Shown: piece by piece, positions 27,285 to 32,000 of the stretch | Numbering within the stretch: position 1 is the first letter of the stretch | How the letters are laid out: each line of letters begins with the position of its first letter | Translations under genes and position numbers: made by a program | Notes under the pieces: generated by a model | What the model was told of the DNA's origin: nothing | Database searches by the model: none | The model's input: only the letters and a program-made list of their open reading frames with translations | Source of the DNA: Candidatus Thalassarchaeaceae archaeon | Lineage (GTDB): Archaea; Thermoplasmatota; Poseidoniia; Poseidoniales; Thalassarchaeaceae | Direction: 5' to 3' | NCBI GenBank assembly: GCA_045568075.1 | Contig: JBJLBP010000001.1 | Span: 1,020,001 to 1,052,000, forward strand | DNA: 32,000 nucleotides

Positions 27285-28235
27285 TCAATCGACGGGTTCA
27301 GCCGAATCGTTTGATTCACCATCGAGAGTCACCAAAGCCAAGCCAGCAACCATCAACAAGCCACCGACAAGGGTCCAAACACCAGGAACATTGTCGACTC
27401 CGACAACCCAACCAATCACCGAACCTATCACAGGTTCCATAATCAAAATCATCGATATTGTGAGAGGAGGTATCCAACGCAATACAGCGTTTATTCCTGT
27501 GTGTCCGGCAAGACCAGGCCCAAGTGCAAGGTAAGCAACGTAGCCGACCCAAGCAGCGCTAACCCAACCAAAAGCACCAGTCATTTCCGCCAAGTCAAAT
27601 GTCAGACCCTCAGCGTAAATCGCCCAACCAGTAAGCAATACTGCCGAGACAGCGGTGACTGGGAAAGCGTAGAGGAACAAGGGCATCCAGCCACGAACCA
27701 TCCGTCCAATAACCAGGTAGCCTACTACTGTCACCGCTCCAAGAAATGCCAAGAAATCACCATACAAACTCACTCCTGCTTCCTCGCCACCGCCACCGAC
27801 TACAACCGCAGCACCCACAAATCCAACCAAAGCCCCTACTGATTGCATGCGAGTAGCAGGTCGGCGCAACAGCCACAGTCCAACGATAATGACCAGCGGA
27901 TGCGCCGTGACAAACAATAGTGAGTGAGTCAGAGTTGTCATATCAAGCGATACTAACCAAGTCCCGAAGTGTAATGCTAGGCACAACCCTGAGGCACAAA
28001 GCAAGCCGAGAGAACCTCGCCATTCGTGACGAAGAGCAGAATCAGCACGTGAGTATTGTAGCAAAAATCCTGGCAATAACACTAGTGAAGTCGCCTGCAA
28101 ACGCCAAGCCGCTTTCGTCAGTCCGGCTACACCCTCGATCATCTCGAAGACCGCCCCTGCACTCGACACTGCAAACAATGCAATGCCCATGATTAACCAA
28201 GCATGAAGCGGAATTTCGGAGGATTCCGAGGACAT
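27285..28235 (-). CDS. EamA/DMT-family transporter
   Basis: 316 aa, about 10 hydrophobic helices in two similar halves, the typical EamA-repeat layout. Its ATG shares one nucleotide with the stop of the upstream OPT gene. Confidence 0.75.
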   Translation of the reverse strand: MSSESSEIPLHAWLIMGIALFAVSSAGAVFEMIEGVAGLTKAAWRLQATSLVLLPGFLLQYSRADSALRHEWRGSLGLLCASGLCLALHFGTWLVSLDMTTLTHSLLFVTAHPLVIIVGLWLLRRPATRMQSVGALVGFVGAAVVVGGGGEEAGVSLYGDFLAFLGAVTVVGYLVIGRMVRGWMPLFLYAFPVTAVSAVLLTGWAIYAEGLTFDLAEMTGAFGWVSAAWVGYVAYLALGPGLAGHTGINAVLRWIPPLTISMILIMEPVIGSVIGWVVGVDNVPGVWTLVGGLLMVAGLALVTLDGESNDSAEPVD

Positions 28236-30583
28236 CAGGACAACTCCGCATCGAGCACATCCGCGCCCGAGTCGGAATCTCCGTCACCGCTAGATCCGAG
28301 GATTCCAGCCTGCCGGAACAGAGCGTAGATTATGAGTCCGAGCAACAAATTCAGAATTAGGAAGCCAGCGAAGCGGATTGTCGGCCAGTTGTCAATAGTT
28401 CCGATTTTCGACTCGTCGAGAGCTGCAAGAATCGCTGCCTCGACGCCGTAGAACGCCTCTCCAGTCAATGCACCAGCAGCGATCATGAAAGTGAAAAGAA
28501 GCATCAATGCACGCTTTTTCTCGGCTGCACCGGCACCTTCGAGAGCACGAATCGCAGCCACCTTCGGTGCCAACTTCTTCTTCTCCCACCAATCACGACC
28601 AGCACCACCGATTAGCATCGGGAAGGTTATCGGGGTCGGCAAATACATTCCAAGACCGAACGAAGTGCCCATTCCAGTGGCCCATTCGACGAAAGCACCT
28701 AGCAAGAAGCCAAGTCCAAGAGCGGTCCAATTTCCTTGACCCTCTGCCAAAATCAATGTAAAAGTCGCAAAGGCATTTGCCTGTGGTGCTTGTAGGTCTA
28801 TGCTTCCATCTGCGAGTAATTTCGACAGGCCGATTGCTACCGCAGCACCCAGAATAGCGCCTGGAACCACACCCATGATATTGCCTTTAGAAATGTGATA
28901 GGGTCGAGTTCCAATGTACAAACTATTCTTGTAATCTCCAACAACGGTTCCGCTCATCGAAATAGCCGAACCAAATACAGTCGTCCCGACCAAGGCGATC
29001 ATCACTGATTCCTCCTTGTTCAGCCCGACATCAACATTCAAGAAAATCAACAAAAGCATCAACAGGACGATGAAAGAGGTTCCAGAAACCGGTTCGATTC
29101 CCGTTTCACCCATAACACGTACAGCAATCGCTCCCAAAAGGAAGGTAGTGCTAAGCAAAATCACACCGAATATCAACGAAGGTAAAACTGGGAATCCACC
29201 AAGAACGAAGATCAGAATCATTGCACCGAAGGCAATCAACATGAAAATTGGAATATGTGAAAGTGGCCATTCATACCAGCCTCGTCCCTCAATGAACTCC
29301 TCGCCCTGCTCTCCAGTGAAAGCACGGGCGATATCTCCGAAAATTCCCTTGAATGTCGGCGCCATCTTCAACAAACCAATGATTCCACCGCCGAGAATCG
29401 AACCAATGGCTACCGTCCGCACAATACTTGCAAATGCCTTCCATTGAGCTGCGGGATATTCTGTGACCTTGACATACCCACCGAACTCACCTCCGGGCAT
29501 CGGAGCCGATGGGTCATAGACGGGGACATCCATCGCAACGGCTAGAGGAATGAGGTAGAACCACGCAACTATCGAGCCTAGGTTGACGAGGAAAGCGACA
29601 CGGAATTTCATGAACCAACCAATGGCGAGAAGTGTCGGACTCAATTCAATCCCAAGGAATGTGTAAGAAAATGGATTGCCCGGCTCATACAGAGTGATTC
29701 CATTGGCGATTGCATGCCCATCAGACAACTGGCTTGGCTGATGTATCCAACGCTCAGTATAGATTGATGCAGCACCCCAATCATCTCCAGAAAGCGTCAT
29801 AGCGAGCCAATCTGCTAAACTGCTAGGGATGTTGGCAACCTTGTTTGACCACTTGATTGGATAGTCGATGATGAACATGAAGACCATCGTAAAAACCGTC
29901 CAAATTCCAACAGTTTTCAGTGATTCTCGCGCTGCATCGGCAGCTCCCGTACTGACGTCAGAAGATATGTCTAGCATCTTCAGTGTAGCCTCAAAGCCAG
30001 GCATCGGTAGAGGATCTTCAACCAACCAAACACGTCTGAAGATGATGAAATACATCACTCCGAGGAAGCCAGCGAACATACTGGCGATGATTCCGATGAA
30101 AGCAATTTGGAAGGTATCGACAGAAGTAATGAGGAATACATCGCCTAATTTGTAATCTTCCGAATATGCTAACAAGAATATCGCTGGAAAAGTGAAGATG
30201 AATCCTGTTGAAGCATGGGTTGCTCCTGTGGTTGCAGAAGTCGAAATGTTGACTTCGGAAGGAGACCATTGCAGTGCCATTCCAGTTAGATATGCAACAT
30301 ACCACGCAGCGGAGACTGCTAGGCCGATCTTCAAGCCGATGTAAGCAGTCACTCCGCTGAACACAGCTCCGATCAAAATTCCAATTAGCACCTTCTTGGT
30401 ATCCCAATGAGAGACCTCGAAGGATTCGTTGAGATTCTTCTCTTCGAGGTATTGTTCGAGGACACCGGTGTTGAGATTGTTGTACATGTCCTCGTCAAGC
30501 CAAGAGAGAGTTCCTTTCTCGATAGCCTCCAATCCAGAAGGCGTGACCGGCTGTCGATAGGCAGAACGCTTGACGCCGGACAT
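28235..30583 (-). CDS. OPT-family (oligopeptide transporter superfamily) membrane transporter
   Basis: 782 aa with more than 14 hydrophobic helices. IGILIGAVFSGVTAYIGLKIGLAVSAAW and VVGDYKNSLYIGTRPYHISKGNIMGVVPGAILGAAV resemble conserved OPT (PF03169) regions as I remember them. Not verified by search. Confidence 0.65.
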   Translation of the reverse strand: MSGVKRSAYRQPVTPSGLEAIEKGTLSWLDEDMYNNLNTGVLEQYLEEKNLNESFEVSHWDTKKVLIGILIGAVFSGVTAYIGLKIGLAVSAAWYVAYLTGMALQWSPSEVNISTSATTGATHASTGFIFTFPAIFLLAYSEDYKLGDVFLITSVDTFQIAFIGIIASMFAGFLGVMYFIIFRRVWLVEDPLPMPGFEATLKMLDISSDVSTGAADAARESLKTVGIWTVFTMVFMFIIDYPIKWSNKVANIPSSLADWLAMTLSGDDWGAASIYTERWIHQPSQLSDGHAIANGITLYEPGNPFSYTFLGIELSPTLLAIGWFMKFRVAFLVNLGSIVAWFYLIPLAVAMDVPVYDPSAPMPGGEFGGYVKVTEYPAAQWKAFASIVRTVAIGSILGGGIIGLLKMAPTFKGIFGDIARAFTGEQGEEFIEGRGWYEWPLSHIPIFMLIAFGAMILIFVLGGFPVLPSLIFGVILLSTTFLLGAIAVRVMGETGIEPVSGTSFIVLLMLLLIFLNVDVGLNKEESVMIALVGTTVFGSAISMSGTVVGDYKNSLYIGTRPYHISKGNIMGVVPGAILGAAVAIGLSKLLADGSIDLQAPQANAFATFTLILAEGQGNWTALGLGFLLGAFVEWATGMGTSFGLGMYLPTPITFPMLIGGAGRDWWEKKKLAPKVAAIRALEGAGAAEKKRALMLLFTFMIAAGALTGEAFYGVEAAILAALDESKIGTIDNWPTIRFAGFLILNLLLGLIIYALFRQAGILGSSGDGDSDSGADVLDAELS

Positions 30584-30627
30584 GGTGTTCCCAACTGTTC
30601 ACGGTCGCTGAAAGCCGCTTATACTTC

Positions 30628-30651
30628 GGGGTTGAACTCTTGTTCAATCCC
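30628..30651. other. Stem-loop GGGGTTGAAC-TCTT-GTTCAATCCC between aIF5A and the OPT transporter gene
   Basis: Perfect 6-bp core (TTGAAC/GTTCAA). It extends to 10 positions with one non-Watson-Crick pair (G.U on the plus strand, C.A on the minus strand). It lies 27 nt downstream of the eif5a stop. A TATAAG-like element (minus strand, 30623..30618) follows, about 35 nt upstream of the OPT ATG. Function is inferred only. Confidence 0.25.
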
Positions 30652-30677
30652 GCCGAATGGCGAGGTAGAGTGCGATT

Positions 30678-31064
30678 TCAGTGGTCACGAGTAATCTTGT
30701 ATCGGCCCATGGCCTCAACCCATTGAATCTCTCCACCAGGTTGCAAGTTCAAGCCCTCCTCGAGAGGAAGGATGAGATTGGAGTAGGTCTTGTTGTCCAT
30801 TGCATGAACCTCATTACCCTGAACATGAGTGATGATTGCTGAACCCTTCTCTAGCAATGGCACCTGGATATTGTCCGTCACTGTGCCAACGTGAGACCGC
30901 TTTTGCTTGGTGAAGAGGTCTTCCAATTCGAGGCGGGCTTTTGCACTACCGTGCTTGCCTGGCTTTGACTTGGATATGCTGAGGATCTTGTATGCGCTCT
31001 CATCGATTGCGACGTAGCGGCCGACCTTGAGTGTTCGAATCTCGACGCGGGATGTTCCGGGCAT
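30678..31064 (-). CDS. eif5a: Translation initiation factor 5A (aIF5A)
   Basis: 128 aa. Hypusine-loop motif SKSKPGKHGSAKARLE. A GGTGA Shine-Dalgarno-like sequence sits 4 nt upstream of the ATG. Confidence 0.93.
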   Translation of the reverse strand: MPGTSRVEIRTLKVGRYVAIDESAYKILSISKSKPGKHGSAKARLELEDLFTKQKRSHVGTVTDNIQVPLLEKGSAIITHVQGNEVHAMDNKTYSNLILPLEEGLNLQPGGEIQWVEAMGRYKITRDH

Positions 31065-31206
31065 TTACTCACCTATGGAAGGAGCCCGATGCTCCGTCTT
31101 ATGATGATTGTGCGAGATACCTCACGCACTGAATGTCGTAGGTTGATTCAGCAATGAATCATGGAGAGAGCTTACGCTCTATTCTCGTTGTACCCAAAGG
31201 TAGGGT

Positions 31207-31238
31207 CCCGGGCCGAGGACCGGAGTCCCCGGCCCGGG
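31207..31238 (-). terminator. GC-rich 14-position stem / 4-nt loop hairpin downstream of the repeat-protein gene
   Basis: CCCGGGCCGAGGAC-CGGA-GTCCCCGGCCCGGG gives 13 Watson-Crick pairs. The remaining position is U.G on the minus-strand RNA (the coding strand of both flanking genes) and A.C on the plus strand. There is no long U tract on the minus strand, so a terminator role is tentative. Confidence 0.35.
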
Positions 31239-31246
31239 GTTTTCGT

Positions 31247-31267
31247 CGACTGAACTGGGTTCAGTCG
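31247..31267 (-). terminator. Second hairpin (9-bp stem, 3-nt loop) that embeds the stop codon of the repeat-protein gene
   Basis: CGACTGAAC-TGG-GTTCAGTCG is a perfect inverted repeat. On the minus strand, the TGA stop (31263..31261) lies inside the 5' arm. Confidence 0.3.
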
Positions 31268-32000
31268 TCCTTTCGGCGGCCTGCAAGGCCGACTCCGATT
31301 GCCGCTCCTAGGAGCGCCAGAGTCGAGATGATTCCTGTGAATCCAGGGACGTTCTCGCGGAAGTTGTCGAATCCTGTGTTGGTTTCAGTGTTGTCTCCAA
31401 CAACTGTCTCATCTACACTGTCATCGATTGCATCGCAGATTCCGTCTTGGTCGTAATCGACTGGAACGCTGTCTGCCTTCTCAGGGTTCGAACCGCACGC
31501 GTCCTCATCCTCATCGGAGTAAGTGTCGCCGTCGTCGTCGTCGTCGGCATTGTTACCGATTCCATCGCCGTCAGTGTCGATCCACTCGTTGATGTCGTAT
31601 GGGAACGCATCGCTAACGTCTGGTGAGCTGTCACCATCGTCGTCAGTGTCAGCATTGTCGCCAACTCCATCGCCGTCGTAGTCAGAAGTCTCCTGTGGGT
31701 TCAGCGGGAAGGCGTCGTCGACATCAGCGACTCCGTCGCCGTCATCGTCCTCATCGGTGTTGTCACCAATGCCATCTTCATCGCTGTCAATCCACTCAGT
31801 GGAATCCATTGGGAAGTCGTCGATTCCGTCATTCACACCGTCGCCATCGTCGTCAGCGTCAGAGTTGTCGCCCTGACCGTCGCCATCGCTATCCATCCAC
31901 TCGGATGGGTCCTCTGGGAACGCATCATCCACGTCAGCATAGCCATCGCCGTCGTCGTCGTCATCAGCATTGTTGCCGATTCCATCGCCGTCGTCGTCAG
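31261..32000 (-). CDS. Secreted acidic thrombospondin-type-3-like (Ca-binding DxDxDGxxDxxD) repeat protein with PGF-CTERM anchor signal; C-terminal part, gene runs off the right edge
   Basis: The reading frame stays open to position 32000; the M at 31932 in the track is internal. It has repeated DAFPxDxxEWxDxDGDGxGDNxDxDDDGDG units and ends in PGFTGIISTLALLGAAIGVGLAGRRKDD. Confidence 0.85.
   Translation of the reverse strand, partial: DDDGDGIGNNADDDDDGDGYADVDDAFPEDPSEWMDSDGDGQGDNSDADDDGDGVNDGIDDFPMDSTEWIDSDEDGIGDNTDEDDDGDGVADVDDAFPLNPQETSDYDGDGVGDNADTDDDGDSSPDVSDAFPYDINEWIDTDGDGIGNNADDDDDGDTYSDEDEDACGSNPEKADSVPVDYDQDGICDAIDDSVDETVVGDNTETNTGFDNFRENVPGFTGIISTLALLGAAIGVGLAGRRKDD
31264..31347 (-). 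other. PGF-CTERM archaeosortase sorting signal
   Basis: The last 28 codons show the tripartite signature: a PGF motif, a hydrophobic helix (TGIISTLALLGAAIGVGLAG), and a basic tail (RRK). This is the signal recognised by ArtA-type archaeosortases. Confidence 0.8.
31420..32000 (-). repeat. Tandem in-frame repeats of about 35-36 codons (about 105-108 nt) encoding acidic Ca-binding-type units
   Basis: At least four and a half units are visible. Two nucleotide segments 420 nt apart (31526..31572 and 31946..31992) are 44/47 identical. Confidence 0.85.

Noticed and set aside
27007-27534. 175-aa plus-strand ORF antisense to surE and the EamA gene
   Set aside because: It spans two independently well-supported minus-strand genes. 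Its Pro/Thr/Ser-rich composition is consistent with an antisense artefact.
31100-31131. C/D-box sRNA candidate: ATGATGA (31100..31106) followed by CTGA (31128..31131) upstream of eif5a
   Set aside because: The C-to-D spacing is 21 nt rather than about 12. There is no convincing C'/D' pair, no second CTGA and no terminal stem. This is more likely chance within the eif5a 5' region.
31420-32000. Regular roughly 105-nt periodicity, considered as a possible CRISPR-like or satellite array
   Set aside because: The periodicity is in-frame within an open reading frame and encodes recognisable DxDxDG repeats. There is no alternation of identical repeats with unique spacers.

Overview
This is a dense, almost fully coding 32-kb piece of an archaeal chromosome. 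I call 28 protein-coding genes, two of them cut by the window edges. By eye I found no rRNA, tRNA, CRISPR array, transposase or integrase.

Archaeal origin rests on these genes:
- proteasome alpha plus SBDS (edge of the proteasome/exosome superoperon)
- TiaS, TrmY, Dph6 and aIF5A
- RFC large subunit, archaeal-type GlyRS and SRP54
- an archaeosortase

The gene content (an acidic thrombospondin-type-3 repeat protein with a PGF-CTERM signal, an OPT transporter, very tight gene packing) fits a streamlined marine planktonic euryarchaeote. That is inference only, because I could not run a search.

Most of the window is ordinary housekeeping: purB, glyS, rfcL, srp54, trkAH, surE, eif5a. I do not see a clear-cut new multi-gene system such as a defence island.

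The items most worth a second look are:
1. A 1763-aa Lhr-type helicase, about twice the size of characterised archaeal Lhr. Its roughly 900-aa C-terminal extension contains two similar modules that look YcaQ/AlkZ-like.
2. A RadB/KaiC-like RecA-fold protein that lacks the Walker A lysine and sits between two tiny single-pass membrane proteins.
3. An archaeosortase divergent from a gmhA-gmhB-tiaS string, with a PGF-CTERM substrate in the same window.
4. An A/T-richer block encoding a membrane-anchored flavoprotein plus a DoxX-like protein.
5. Strong, strand-biased stem-loops in the two largest non-coding gaps.

All family assignments come from motif recognition by eye and remembered family signatures, not from database searches.
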